A stretch of DNA of 64,000 nt from an uncultured Spirochaetota bacterium (GTDB lineage Bacteria > Spirochaetota > Spirochaetia > SZUA-6 > CAVTHK01), in assembly GCA_963734495.1 (NCBI GenBank), contig CAVTHK010000016.1, positions 256,001 through 320,000 on the forward strand, in the 5' to 3' direction. The translations under genes were made by a program, and so were the position numbers. Below the pieces are notes generated by a model, which worked only from the letters and a program-made list of their open reading frames with translations, was not told the origin of the DNA and searched no databases. This document shows, one piece after another, positions 18,773-30,001 of the stretch (position 1 is its first letter; the number at the start of each line of letters is the position of its first letter).

Positions 18773-19655
18773 ATGGCAAAGACAAAGACGAGCACAACGC
18801 ACAGAATCACGGGGCTTTCGCACGTGGCGCTCTTTACGAGCGATCTGCCGAAGACGATGAAGTTCTACGGGGACTTCCTCGGTTACCAGGAGCAGTTCCG
18901 GCTGACTGAGCCGGACGGACGGCTCGCCCTCACTTTCGTAAAGATCAACGACAAGCAGTGCATCGAGCTCTTCCCCGAGCGCGAGCCGAAGACCGACCGC
19001 CTGTACCAGGTCGCCTTGATCGTGGAAAACATCGAAGCGCTGCGGCAGCACCTCAAGTCGCACGGGATCGCCGTCCCCGATGTCGTCAAGAAGGGCCGCA
19101 TCGGCAACTCCAACTTCTCCGTGAAGGACCCGGACGGCCACATCGTCGAGTTCGTGCAGTACGAGCCCGACGGATGGACTGTCCGCGACAATGGCAAGCA
19201 CATGAGCGGCGATCGGATCTCCGCCTACATCCGCCACGTGGGCGTCACCGTGCGGTCCCTCGACAAGTCGCTCGCCTTCTACCGGGACATCCTGGGGTGC
19301 TCCGAGACCTGGCGCGGCAGCTCCGACGGAAAGATCCTCTCGTGGGTCAACATGAAGCTCCCGCACAGCGACGACTACGTCGAGCTGATGCTCTACAGCG
19401 ACCCGCCGTCGCTCGAGCGCCTCGGCGTCATGAACCACCTCTGCCTCGAGGTCAAGGACGTCCCCGCCTCGGCGGAGGCGCTCAAGGCGCGTGTCGCCCG
19501 CTCCGGCTACGACCGCCCCGTCGAGCACAAAGTCGGCATCAACCGACAGGCGCCTGATGAACCTGTTCGACCCCGACGGCACGCGCTCCGAGCTGATGGA
19601 GCCCGGGACGGTCGACGGCGTCCCGCCCGCCAACTCGACCGCGCCCGCGCCCTGA
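18773..19655 (+). CDS. two-domain VOC/glyoxalase family protein (indel near 19550)
   Basis: LSHVAL, KDPDGHIVEF, IRHVGV, NHLCL; tail MNLFDPDGTRSELMEP in another frame ending at TGA 19655. Confidence 0.85.
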
Positions 19656-19680
19656 AAGGGCAGGACCGGAGAGGTCAATA

Positions 19681-20502
19681 ATGAAGAAGGCCGCCGCGGC
19701 GGCCGTAGGCTCCATGGACGAAGTCGCGCGCTACAACCGCGAGCGCTGGAACGAGCTCGCGTCCCGGGGGATTCTCTACAGCCGGCCATGGCTCGATCTC
19801 ACGCCGGAGATCGCGCGCGAGCGCGTGGATGCCGAGGGCGTGCTGCGCGGCGAGGCGCTGGCCGGCCGGGACGTGCTCTGCCTCGCGGGGGGCGGGGGAC
19901 AGCAGTCCGTCGCCTTCGCCCTGTTAGGCGCGCGCGTGACCGTCCTCGACCTCTCCGACGCCCAGCTCGCGACCGATCGGGCCGCGGCCGCGCATTACCG
20001 CGTGGACGTGCGCACGCTGCAGGGCGACATGAGAGACCTCGGCGCTTTCGCGGCGGCTGCCTTTGACGTCGTCTGGCACGCGCACTCCCTGAACTTCGTG
20101 CCGGATCCGCGGCCGGTCTTCTCCGAGGTGTCGCGCGTTCTTCGCCCGGGGGGCTTCTACCGCCTGAGCTACTCCAACCCGTTCTGCCACGGCATGGACC
20201 GGGAGCACGTCGAGAACGGCTGCTACCGGTTGTGCCTCCCGTATGCCGACGGCGCTGAGATCATTTGCCCAGACCCGGCGTGGACGTTTACCGACGGCTC
20301 GGGGCAGCACCAGTCGGTCGTCGGCCCGCGCGAGTTCCGGCACACCCTCGGCACGGTCATCAACCACCCGGGTTCCCTGGGAATGCGGCTGATCGGCCTG
20401 TGGGAGGACACCGGGCCCGAGGGCGAAGTGGAGGCGGGGAGCTGGGAGGCCTCGCTCAGGGTCGCCCCCCAGTTCCTCAGCCTCTGGTACAGACGCGCCT
20501 GA
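19681..20502 (+). CDS. class I SAM-dependent methyltransferase
   Basis: VLCLAGGGGQQ, VTVLDLS, QGDMRDL, RVLRPGG. Confidence 0.9.
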   Translation: MKKAAAAAVGSMDEVARYNRERWNELASRGILYSRPWLDLTPEIARERVDAEGVLRGEALAGRDVLCLAGGGGQQSVAFALLGARVTVLDLSDAQLATDRAAAAHYRVDVRTLQGDMRDLGAFAAAAFDVVWHAHSLNFVPDPRPVFSEVSRVLRPGGFYRLSYSNPFCHGMDREHVENGCYRLCLPYADGAEIICPDPAWTFTDGSGQHQSVVGPREFRHTLGTVINHPGSLGMRLIGLWEDTGPEGEVEAGSWEASLRVAPQFLSLWYRRA

Positions 20503-20514
20503 GCGCGCTGTCGC

Positions 20515-21102
20515 TCACGCAACGGGCGCGCGCTCCAGCCGCCAATACTCGCCGCCGCCGCCCTCGCGGCCCATGAAGCCGTACTCGACGAGGTGACGGC
20601 GCAGCCGCGCCGTGTCCTCGCTGAAGCGCTTCAGTATCCGGTTGACCTGCTTCTCGCTGTAGCGCCTGCCCGTCTCGAATGCCTCGACGACACGGCGGAG
20701 GAGGACTTCTTCTTTCTTGCGCTGGACGGGGAAGGCCTCGATCCTGCCGTCCGGCGTCATGTACGTGTTGAGCACCTTCCGGTCGTACGCGTCGACATCG
20801 ACGTCCGCGGCTACCGCGGGGAGCGTCTCGGCCACGAGGAGTCGCTGCGACATCTCCATGAGCCAGGTTACCTCGAGGCGGTAGACGCTGTAGTAGCCTT
20901 CGGCCCGTGCGCTCACGAGGCCGGCCCGCGAGAGCAGCGAGAGGTGATGCGACACAGTCGAGGAGCTCAGCCCGAGCATTTCGGCAAGCTGCTCCACCGA
21001 CAGCGCTTCTTTCGCGAGAAGCGCGACGATCTTGAGCCGGTTCGGGTCGGACAGCGCCTTGAAAAAAGAAAGCAGCTCCTGGAACGACTTCTCATTCATC
21101 AT
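20515..21102 (-). CDS. ArsR/SmtB family regulator with C-terminal DUF2087 domain
   Basis: FKALSDPNRLKI, STVSHHLSLL..AGLV; YSEKQVN..D.ARLRRHLVEYG. Confidence 0.9.
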   Translation of the reverse strand: MMNEKSFQELLSFFKALSDPNRLKIVALLAKEALSVEQLAEMLGLSSSTVSHHLSLLSRAGLVSARAEGYYSVYRLEVTWLMEMSQRLLVAETLPAVAADVDVDAYDRKVLNTYMTPDGRIEAFPVQRKKEEVLLRRVVEAFETGRRYSEKQVNRILKRFSEDTARLRRHLVEYGFMGREGGGGEYWRLERAPVA

Positions 21103-21111
21103 GGCAGCCTC

Positions 21112-21169
21112 ATCAAATTGATTTGATATATATCGATCTAATTATACATACATCGAATCAGGGCGTCAA
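21112..21169 (-). promoter_or_regulatory. sigma70 promoter with downstream inverted-repeat operator (likely ArsR autoregulation)
   Basis: TTGACG(21169-21164)-N17-TATAAT(21146-21141); inverted repeat ATCAAAT-tg-ATTTGAT at 21112-21127. Confidence 0.75.
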
Positions 21170-21228
21170 GCGCTGGCGGGCACGGGAGCCGGTGGACACT
21201 GCTGTCGGCCAGCGGCTACGGTGGCGCC

Positions 21229-21729
21229 ATGCAGACGATGCAGAAGGACCAGCTCAGGCTCCGCATGGCCCGGCCGGAGGACGTGACGACGATCCTCCGC
21301 TTCGTTCGCGAGCTCGCCGGCTTCGAGCGCCTGCTCGACCGCGTGACCGCCACGGAGGAGGACCTGCGGGCGAGCCTCTTTGGCGCCCGCCCGTACGCCG
21401 AAGTGATCCTTGCGGAAACGGATCGGCCCGTGGGGTTCGCGCTCTTCTTCCACAACTACTCAACCTTCCTCGGCCGGCCGGGGATCTACCTTGAGGACAT
21501 CTATGTCGAGCCGGAGGCAAGGGGGCACGGCGTGGGAAGCGCCCTGATACGGTACGTGGCGAAGCTCGCTGTGGAGCGGCGCTGCGGCCGTCTGGAGTGG
21601 GCCGTGCTGGACTGGAACCGCAACGCGATCGCCTTCTACCGCTCGTTGGGGGCCGAGGCCATGGACGAGTGGACGGTCTATCGCGTGACGGGCAAGTCGC
21701 TCGAGCGTCTGGGGGCGGCAGCCGGGTGA
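21229..21729 (+). CDS. GNAT acetyltransferase (diamine/spermidine acetyltransferase-like)
   Basis: GFALFFHNYSTF, IYLEDIYV, RGHGVG, EWAVLDWN..AIAFY. Confidence 0.9.
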   Translation: MQTMQKDQLRLRMARPEDVTTILRFVRELAGFERLLDRVTATEEDLRASLFGARPYAEVILAETDRPVGFALFFHNYSTFLGRPGIYLEDIYVEPEARGHGVGSALIRYVAKLAVERRCGRLEWAVLDWNRNAIAFYRSLGAEAMDEWTVYRVTGKSLERLGAAAG

Positions 21730-22593
21730 GCGCGGATCGACCGACGGAGCTGTTCGTCGCCGACCTCGACGGCACGCTGCTCGGCCCGGACGCCCGGCTG
21801 TCCGCGTTCGCGAGGGAGGCGCTCGGGCGCATCTTCGAGGCGGGGGCGCTCTTCACCGTGGCGAGCGCGCGCAGCGTCCAGTCGATGCGGCCGATCCTCG
21901 GCGACCTGCCCTTGAGGCTGCCCGTGGTCACGCTGAACGGGGCGATCGTGTCGGATTTCCGCACGGCCAGGCACGAGCGAGTGGTCTCCATCGCGGCGGG
22001 GGCGCTGCGCGTCGTCCTGGAGACGGCCGCGGCCCTCGGCCTGAAACCCTTCATCACATCGTTCGATGGCGCGAGGGACAATCTCTACATTCCGCCGCCC
22101 GCCAACGACGGCGCCGCCTGGTACCTTGCCAATCGCCGTGAAGCGCGCGACCCGCGCCTGCGCGATGGGTACGAGCCGGACGTCTGGCTCGCAGAGCAGA
22201 TCGTGACCCTCACGTTCATAGACACGCAGGGCGCGGCTGGAACCGCTCGTCGCCGCGGTTGACGGGAGCCGGCTCCCGCTCGCCCTCGCGTTCACCCCGC
22301 ACATCTACACGTCGGGGTGGTACTGGCTCACGGTCCACAGCGGCGACGCGAGGAAGGATGCGGCGATCCGGGATCTGCAGCGGCGCCACGGGCTCGAACG
22401 CTGCCCGGTCGTGGCCTTCGGCGACCAGGCCAACGACGTGCCGCTGCTGCGCGCCGCTGACCACGGCGTCGCCGTCGCGAATGCCGACGCCGACGCGAAG
22501 GCGGCCGCGCGCGAAATCATCGGCCCCAACTCGGAGGACTCAGTGCCGCGGTACATCCTCAGACGGCTGGGGCTGGGGTCACAGGCGGGGTAA
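21726..22593 (+). CDS. Cof-type HAD hydrolase (indel near 22230)
   Basis: DLDGTLL, TVASAR, NGA; C-terminal AFGDQAND..AVANA in ORF 22411..22593. Confidence 0.85.
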
Positions 22594-22780
22594 GGCGAAA
22601 ACAGCGGGGCCCGGCGGCATTGTCGCCTCCCGGGCGCCACATAGACGTATCGGGCCTCCCGGCGTCAAGAGGCGTGAGCGGACCTGACAACCGTGTGGCT
22701 CCCTCCGGCGATTTGACCGTCAGGCGTGCAGAACTGCAGAATATGGCTGTTGGGCAGGCTTCGAGAAGGAGACCGGCTCC

Positions 22781-23782
22781 ATGAACAAAAAGGAGAACTG
22801 GCTAAGGCTGATTCGCGGCGACAACCCTGGCTGGATCGGACCGCCGTGGGAAGCCTTCAAGGGGAACCTCTTCAAGGATATCTTCGTCGGCGACCCGATC
22901 ACGCAGTCGATGTTACCCCGCGAGGTAGTCTATGACGCTCCCCAGAAGGACCGTTGGGGCGTCACCTTTCTATGGCTCTCCGGCACGGTCGCTCGAAACC
23001 CGCATATCACTGCCGAGAACAAGGTCGTTCCCGATGTTCGGCAGTGGAGAGAAAGCGTCGTGTTCCCGCCGCTCGACGGATATGACTGGAACCCCGCCAG
23101 GGAGTTTGTGGCGTCTGTCGACCGCAGCGAATACCTGACTGTCTGCTGGTCGTCCGGTGGCCTGTTCGAGCGCTCCCACTTCCTGATGGGCTTCGAGGAT
23201 GCGCTCTGCAACTACATGCAGATCCCTGGGGCGATGTACGACCTTGCGGGGGCAATAGCCGACTGGAAGATCGGCCACCTCGAGCGCACAATCGACAATC
23301 TCCACCCGGACGTTGTCCTCTATCACGACGACTGGGGATGCAAGAGCTCTCTGTTCATCCCTCCCGATGTGTGGCGCCGGATCATCAAGCCCCATCAGAA
23401 GCGTATTGTCGACGCGGTCAGGTCCCGAGGTGTGATCTTTATGCACCATGCGGACTGTATTTGCGAACCGATCGTCGAAGATATGGCCGACATCGGAGTT
23501 GATGTCTGGCAGGGGGTCATCCCTCAGAACGACATACCAGCCATCCAGCGAAGACTTGCAGGACGAATGGCGCTGATCGGTGGAATCGATGCACAGCTCA
23601 TCGACAAGCCTCAATGCGATGAGCAAGCAATCCGAAAGGAGGTGCGGCGATGCATCGACACCTACTGTCCGGCTGGTCATTTCGTGCCGTGCATCCCGAA
23701 CATCGTGCCCCTCTTCCCGGAGGTTGAACGAGTCTACCATGATGAGCTCAGCGTCTATGGCAGAGACTTCTTTCGACGCTAA
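22781..23782 (+). CDS. uroporphyrinogen decarboxylase/MtaA-CmuA (methylcobamide methyltransferase) family protein
   Basis: DRWGV, GLFERSHFLMGFED, HDDWG, HHADC, LIGGID; AAGGAG RBS. Confidence 0.85.
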   Translation: MNKKENWLRLIRGDNPGWIGPPWEAFKGNLFKDIFVGDPITQSMLPREVVYDAPQKDRWGVTFLWLSGTVARNPHITAENKVVPDVRQWRESVVFPPLDGYDWNPAREFVASVDRSEYLTVCWSSGGLFERSHFLMGFEDALCNYMQIPGAMYDLAGAIADWKIGHLERTIDNLHPDVVLYHDDWGCKSSLFIPPDVWRRIIKPHQKRIVDAVRSRGVIFMHHADCICEPIVEDMADIGVDVWQGVIPQNDIPAIQRRLAGRMALIGGIDAQLIDKPQCDEQAIRKEVRRCIDTYCPAGHFVPCIPNIVPLFPEVERVYHDELSVYGRDFFRR

Positions 23783-23831
23783 TCAGCGAAAGAACACCGG
23801 CATGCGCAACGATGTCGCACGAGGCAAGAAA

Positions 23832-24188
23832 ATGGCTCGTGACATTGGAGTCGTCAATCGGTACTCAGTGCTTCCCGGCAACCAGGATGATGTCAAGAAG
23901 CTGCTGCGTGCACTTGTCGAGAGAGTTCGATCCGAGGATCCAGGCACGCTCAGTTTCGAGTGGTATTTCGGCGACAACGAGAATGAACTGTACCTGGTGG
24001 GGCAGCGGAGGGATTCCGAGGCCCTGATCGCCCACGAGGCCCTGTTCGCCGAAGATCCGCTTGTCCAGCAGTTTCAGGCGAAGGCGCCCGTCAATCGGTC
24101 GGAGCTCTTCGGCAACATGTCGCGCGACCTCGCGGAGTTGCTCCCCAGCATCACGTCGTACAAATCCCGGGACGGGTTCACGCGATAG
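23832..24188 (+). CDS. antibiotic biosynthesis monooxygenase-like (dimeric alpha-beta barrel) protein
   Basis: EDPGTLSFEWY, DSEALIAH, ELFGN, GFTR pattern. Confidence 0.65.
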   Translation: MARDIGVVNRYSVLPGNQDDVKKLLRALVERVRSEDPGTLSFEWYFGDNENELYLVGQRRDSEALIAHEALFAEDPLVQQFQAKAPVNRSELFGNMSRDLAELLPSITSYKSRDGFTR

Positions 24189-24320
24189 GGCTGACGGGGC
24201 GAGCAAACGGCTGCTATGACCCCGTCACCCTCTTGGCGAGGCAGCAGCCGATCTGCTGCTGCGGGCCATGACGCGACGCTCGCTGACAGACTCACGGTGA
24301 TGCGGGTCAGGGCAACTCTA

Positions 24321-24359
24321 TAAAGCAAAAAGGGTTGCGGCTTCTGACCGCAACCCTTC
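24321..24359 (-). terminator. intrinsic terminator after tRNA-Gln
   Basis: AGGGTTGCGG/CCGCAACCCT 10-bp stem followed by TTTTGCTTT on the minus strand. Confidence 0.75.
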
Positions 24360-24365
24360 GAAACC

Positions 24366-24436
24366 CTGCCCGGGAAGGGCTCGAACCTCCACAACAAGAT
24401 CCAGAGTCTTGCGTGCTACCATTACACCACCGGGCA
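24366..24436 (-). tRNA. tRNA-Gln (anticodon CTG), CCA not encoded
   Basis: Reverse complement TGCCCGGTGGTGTAATGGTAGCACGCAAGACTCTGGATCTTGTTGTGGAGGTTCGAGCCCTTCCCGGGCAG; cloverleaf with CAAGA-CT-CTG-GA-TCTTG anticodon arm. Confidence 0.95.
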
Positions 24437-24446
24437 ACTAAAACGA

Positions 24447-24476
24447 AGAATAGCGCGACGGCCGCCCGAATGTCAA
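24447..24476 (-). promoter_or_regulatory. sigma70-like promoter of tRNA-Gln
   Basis: TTGACA-N18-TATTCT about 10 nt upstream of the tRNA 5' end. Confidence 0.6.
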
Positions 24477-24534
24477 CAACGGGGCCTGAAAATGGCCGAA
24501 TTCGGCGCCGCCGGCTGCGTTATACTGATCCCGA

Positions 24535-25614
24535 ATGGAACGGAAACGGCTGATCGAACGGCAGGCGGAGCTGTGCGGCCTCATCGGCTGCCCGGGCTAC
24601 GAGGACGAGGTGGCGGCGTACATCGTGGAGCGTGTCAGGCCGCTCGCGGACGAGACCCGCATCGACGCGCTCGGCAGCGTTCTCGCGGTTCGCCGCGGCA
24701 CGGCCAGGGACGCGCCGCGCATCCTGCTCGACGCCCACATGGACGAGGTGGGGTTCATGGTGAGCGCCGTCGACGAGCGGGGCTTCCTGCGCATCGTCCC
24801 GCTCGGCGGGATCGATCGCGCGCTCATGCCCGGCGCTCAGCTCGTCTTCGCGGCGCAGGGCGCCAGGAGAGTGTACGGGGTCGTCGGCACCCTTCCTCCG
24901 CACGTCACGAAGCCCGAGGAGCGAGGCAAGGCGCCGGAGATCCCCGACCTCTACGTGGACGTCGGCGCCGCGACCGCGGCCGAAGCGGCCGCCCTGGGGC
25001 TCCGGGTCGGCTCCACCGGCACGTTCGACGCACCGTTCCGCAACCTGGGCGACCGCATCCTGATGGGACGGGCCTTCGACGACCGCGCCGCCTGCAACAT
25101 CGTGCTCGCCGTGCTGGAGGAGCTCGCGGCTGCACGGCCGGAAGCCACGGTGCAGGCGTGCTTCAGCTCCCAGGAAGAAGTAGGGGGAAGGGGAGCCACC
25201 GCGGCCGCGTTCGCTCTCGAGCCGGACGTCGCGGTGGCGATCGAGTGCACGACGGCCACGGACACGCCGGGCGTCCCGCCGGAAAAGACAGTGGCGCGAC
25301 TCGGCGCGGGACCGGTGCTCACGATCGCCGACAATTCGCTGCTGGTCCCGGCGCGGCTGCTCGCGCTGCAGGAGGAGGCCGCCGGCGCCGCCGGCGTCCC
25401 GTTCCAGCACAAGCGGCCGATCTACGGCGGAACCGACGGCGGCCGCATCGCGCTCACGCGGGGAGGCGTGCCGACGTGCGTGGTCTCGGTGCCTTGCCGC
25501 TACATCCACGCCCCGGCCGGCATCCTGCTCGTCGACGACCTGGAAAACGCGGTGAAGTTAGTCGTCCAGATGTGCCGGGCGCCCTGGCCCCGCAGGCCGC
25601 TCACGACAGGATAG
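24535..25614 (+). CDS. M42 family metallo-aminopeptidase
   Basis: AHMDEVG, LGGID, AFDDR, QEEVG.RGA, GGTDG, RYIH. Confidence 0.92.
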   Translation: MERKRLIERQAELCGLIGCPGYEDEVAAYIVERVRPLADETRIDALGSVLAVRRGTARDAPRILLDAHMDEVGFMVSAVDERGFLRIVPLGGIDRALMPGAQLVFAAQGARRVYGVVGTLPPHVTKPEERGKAPEIPDLYVDVGAATAAEAAALGLRVGSTGTFDAPFRNLGDRILMGRAFDDRAACNIVLAVLEELAAARPEATVQACFSSQEEVGGRGATAAAFALEPDVAVAIECTTATDTPGVPPEKTVARLGAGPVLTIADNSLLVPARLLALQEEAAGAAGVPFQHKRPIYGGTDGGRIALTRGGVPTCVVSVPCRYIHAPAGILLVDDLENAVKLVVQMCRAPWPRRPLTTG

Positions 25615-28600
25615 CGAGCCGGTCTTTCAGGAACTCCGACTTCTCCTTGAGCCCGACGCTCCCCGTGCGCAGGAACAGGCAGTTCGGCCGCGCTGAGTCG
25701 AGGTACACGGAGCCCTGACTCTCACGGATCAGCCTGAGGACGCGGTCGACCGGGACGCGCGAGACCTGCGCGAACTCGACCGTGGCGAGCCCGCCCCGCT
25801 CGCGCAGGCTCGAGACGAAGAGCTTGCGGCAGATGATGCGGATCTCCGACATCGAGAGGATGCTGAATACCTCGTCGGGCAGAGGGCCGAAGCGGTCCTC
25901 GAGCTCGGCGTATACCGCGTCGTGCTCGTCCTGGGTCGTGATCGAGGCGATGCGCTTGTAGACTTCCATCTTCTCCATCGCGTCCGGGATGTAGGAGTCG
26001 GGGATGAACCCCGAGTACTCGAGCTCGAGGAGCACCTCCGGCGGCGTATCCTCCTCCTCCTGGCGCAGCTCCCGGATCGCCTCGTCGAGGAGGCGGATGT
26101 ACATGTCGTAGCCGACGGCGAGGATGTCGCCGCTCTGCTCGCGCCCGAGGAGGTTTCCGGCGCCGCGGATCTCGAGGTCCTTCATCGCGATCTTGAACCC
26201 GGAGCCGAGCTCGGTGAAGTCCGAGATGATGCGCAGCCTCTTCATGGCGAGCTCGGTCAGCGCGCGCTGGTCCGGGTACAGAAGGTAGGCGTATGCCGCC
26301 GTCTCGGAGCGGCCCACGCGCCCCTTGAGCTGGTAGAGCTGGGCGACCCCGAACATGTCCGCACGGTCGATGATGATCGTGTTGACGTTCGGGATGTCGA
26401 GCCCGTTCTCGATGATGGTCGTCGAGAGCAGCACCTGGAACTCGCCGTGCACGAACCGGCGCATGATGTCCTCGAGCTCGTCGCCGTGCATCTGGCCGTG
26501 CGCCGCCTCCACGGAGACGTCGGGCAGCAGCTCGCTCAGGAACAGGTGCGTCTGCGGCATCGTCTCGACGCGGTTGTGCAGGAAATACACCTGCCCGCCG
26601 CGCGCGATCTCGGCACGCACGGCCCGCGAAACGATCTCGGCGTTGAACTCCATGATGAAGGTCTCTATCGGCTGCCTGTTGGCGGGTGCGGTGTTGAGGA
26701 TCGACATGTCGCGGATGCGCATCAGGGACATGTGCAGCGTGCGCGGGATCGGCGTCGCGGTCAGGGTGAGGCAGTCGACGGAGACCTTGAGCTCCTTGAG
26801 GCGCTCCTTGTCCTTGACGCCGAACCGCTGCTCCTCGTCGACGACGATCAGCCCGAGGTTCTTGAACGCGACGTCCTTCTGCAGGAGCCGGTGCGTGCCG
26901 ATGACCAGGTCGACGGCGCCGGAGGCGATCCCCTTGATGACCGAGTGCTGCTCGCGGCGCGAGAGGAAGCGGGAGAGCATCGCGATGCGGACGGGGAACT
27001 TCTCGAAGCGCTGCCGGAACGTGTCGAAATGCTGCTCGACGAGGATCGTCGTCGGCGCGAGGATTGCGACCTGCTTGCCCGCGCTCACGGCCTTGAAGGC
27101 GGCGCGGAGGGCGATTTCGGTCTTGCCGTAGCCGACATCGCCGCAGACCATGCGGTCCATCGGCTGCGGCTTTTCCATGTCGGCCTTGACATCCTCGATG
27201 CACCGCAGCTGATCTTCAGTTTCCTGGTAGGGGAACCCCGCCTCGAACTCCGCCTGCCAGTCCGTGTCCTCGCGGAAAGCGGAAGCCCTGCTCGTTCTGC
27301 CGGCGTGAATAGAGGCGTATCAGGCGCTCCGCCAGGTCGTTGACCGACTCCTTGACGCGCCGCTTGCGCCCTTCCCACGACTTTCCCCCGATCTTGTCGA
27401 GACGGACCAGCCGGCCGTCCTGGGCGATGTACTTCTGGACGAGGTTGACCTGCTCGATGGGCACGTAGACGGTTTCGCCTTCGGCGTACTCGAGGTGGAT
27501 GTAGTCGCGCTCGCTGCCCAGGGCGGCGAGGCGCACGATCCCCTGGAAACGGCCGATGCCGTGGTTGATGTGCACGACGTAATCGCCGGGATCGAGGTCG
27601 ACAAAGGAGTCGATCGCGCGGCTCGGGGCCTTCTGCACGGAGCGGGGGATCCGGCGCTTGCGGCCGAAGATCTCGCTCTCCTGGATCGCGCAGAGCTTGA
27701 GGTCGGGCAGGACGAAGCCCTGCGAAAGGCTGTCGGGAAGGATCTCGACGGGCAGGTCGCGGAGGATCGCCTTGAGGCGCTCGGCCTGGGCCTCGTAGAC
27801 CGCGAACACCGTGACGCCGTAGCCGGACTTGAGGAGATTCGCGACTTCCTCGCGGAGGTAGGCGAAGTTCCCGAAGAAGGAGCGCGGGGGCTCGCATCGG
27901 AAGTCGATCGCGGCAGAGGGCGCGCCCCCGCGGATCATCGGGAAGGTCACGCGGTGGCCGCCCGCGCGCTCCAGCGCCTCCATCTCGAGCAGGATTTCCC
28001 GGGGGCGGGCGGCCGGGAGCTTGCGCGAGACGGCCTGCCGGTAGAGCTCGAGGTGTTCCTTGCGGATGCCGGCCGCCGCGCTCTCCAGGCGCTCGTCATC
28101 GACGAGGTAGGTGACCGCCCCGCCGGTCATGTAGTCCAGCAGCGACGACGGCTGGTCGTAGAGCAGCGGGTACCAGTGCTCGGCGCCGCCCCGATCGGGC
28201 TCGCGCTCGAGCCGTTCGCCGACCGAGGCCGCGGCATCGGGGGCGGCGCCCGCAGCGGCGAGGGCGGCCGCGAGCCTCTCCAGCCGCCCGGCGCCCAGGT
28301 CCGCCTCACGCATCGGCGCCACCACCACGTGCGGCAGCCGCCCCGTCGACGACTGTGTGGAGGGGTCGAATCGGCGCACCTCGTCGACGCGGTCGAAGTC
28401 CAGCAGCACGCGCACGGCTTCGGGGGCGCCGGCAGGGAAGACGTCGATCACTTCGCCCCTGACCGCGAACTCGCCGTGCACGGAGACCCGCGGCACTCTG
28501 AGGTAGCCGAGCGAGTCGAGGCGTGACTCGAGGTCCGCCGGGTCCAGGCTGCCTCCCTTTTCGATCCTGACGAGCCTCGCGGCGAACTCGGCGGGCGAGG

Positions 28601-29000
28601 GGAGCGGGGTGAGGACGGCCCGCATCGGCGCGACCACGAGGGGGGAGCCGCCGGCCAGGAGCGACGCGAGCACAGCCGCCCGCTCCGCGAACACGGACGC
28701 GGGCGGCGACGCATCGCCGTACGGCAGCGTCCCCCACCACGGGAAAAGCAGCACGGTCGACTCGCAGACCAGGTCCAGGTCCTGGTGCAGCGAAGCGGCT
28801 TCGCGCTCGGTGGGGACCAGCACGAGCGAGGCCCCGGCGGTGCGTTTGTGGAGCGAGGCGATCAGCAGCGGCAGGAACCCGTGCTGCGTGCCTTCGACCC
28901 TGATGGAGCTCTCGCCGCCGCGCAGCCGTGCGACCAGCGCACGGTAGGGGGAAAACGACGATAATTGCTTCTCTAGGCGCTCTCGGAATAAGGTAATCAT
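25601..29000 (-). CDS. mfd: transcription-repair coupling factor (indel near 27270)
   Basis: FAVRGEVIDVFP, CarD-like PGDYVVHINHGIG, CGDVGYGKT, DEEQRFG, TATPIPRT, QLKGRVGR, DLEIRGAGNLLG, TRCF tail. Confidence 0.95.
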
Positions 29001-29036
29001 GCCGGAATCCGACAATGATAGGGGGTGGTGACAGTA

Positions 29037-30001
29037 ATGACAGAACGAGTCCGACCCGCCGCCGCGGCCTTCATTTTTCTCATCATGGCTCTGGCCAGGG
29101 CTGCGGGCGCGTCAGAGCCCGTCGACATCCAGATACGTCTGTTCGACAAGCGGGTCTACTACGTCAACCGCGCCGACGAGATCAGGCTCAAGGTCACGGT
29201 CGTCAACACGAGCGCCGAGCCTTACCGCTTCCGGCTCGCGGACGATCGCGTCTACAACCTCGACTTCGAGGTCAAGACCCTGGCCAACGTCCAGCTTTCG
29301 CACTCGAGGGACTTTACCACCGCGCGCGGCGGCGATCAATACGTGTTCTTCCGCGAGGTCGAGCTGCAGCCGGGCGAGGAGTACGCGTTCGACGTGACCC
29401 TCGACCGCTTCATCCAGGTCGACAAGACGGGAGTCCTCACGGTGCAGGCCTTCTTCTTCCCTCAGCTCTTCCGCGATGCCGAGCTCGCCCAAAGTCGCGT
29501 CCAACGTGGTCCCTGTCAACGTGCGTCCGGCGGTCCTCACGGAAAAGGAGCAGCAGCTCATCGAGCGCGACACTAACGAAGTGCTCACGCGCGAGCCCAT
29601 CTCCGCGGACCAGGTGGTCGAGTTCACGATCCGGGCGCAGGCAGCAGGGGCAGATGCACCGCTTCCTGCTCTACCTCGACGTGCAGAGCTTGATGCTGGC
29701 GAGCCCCGACTGGAAGCGCAAGTTCGACCGGCTCGACGAGCCGGGGCGGCGGGACCTGCTCGCGCAGTACCAGGACATGCTCATGAAGAGCACGGTCGAC
29801 CAGGACATCCAGACCGTGCCTCAGGACTTTACGATCCTCAACACGCAGTACACCCCGTCGCGCGGGACCGTCACGGTCGAAGAGAGGTTCAGGTACCGCG
29901 ACTACACCGAGGTCAAGCAGTACACGTACAACCTCACGAGGCGCGACCGCGTCTGGATGATCACCGGCTACGAGGTCGCGAACGTGCGCACCACGCAGTA
30001 G
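29037..30001 (+). CDS. exported hypothetical protein divergent from mfd (about 2 indels)
   Basis: Signal-like N-terminus; host-like codon usage across ORFs 29025..29576, 29476.. and the tail of 29015..30001 (EVKQYTYNLTRRDRVWMITGYEV). Confidence 0.65.

Noticed and set aside
8070-24436. Intact prophage or ICE integrated at a tRNA
   Set aside because: No integrase, structural, replication or conjugation genes, and no att duplication found by eye
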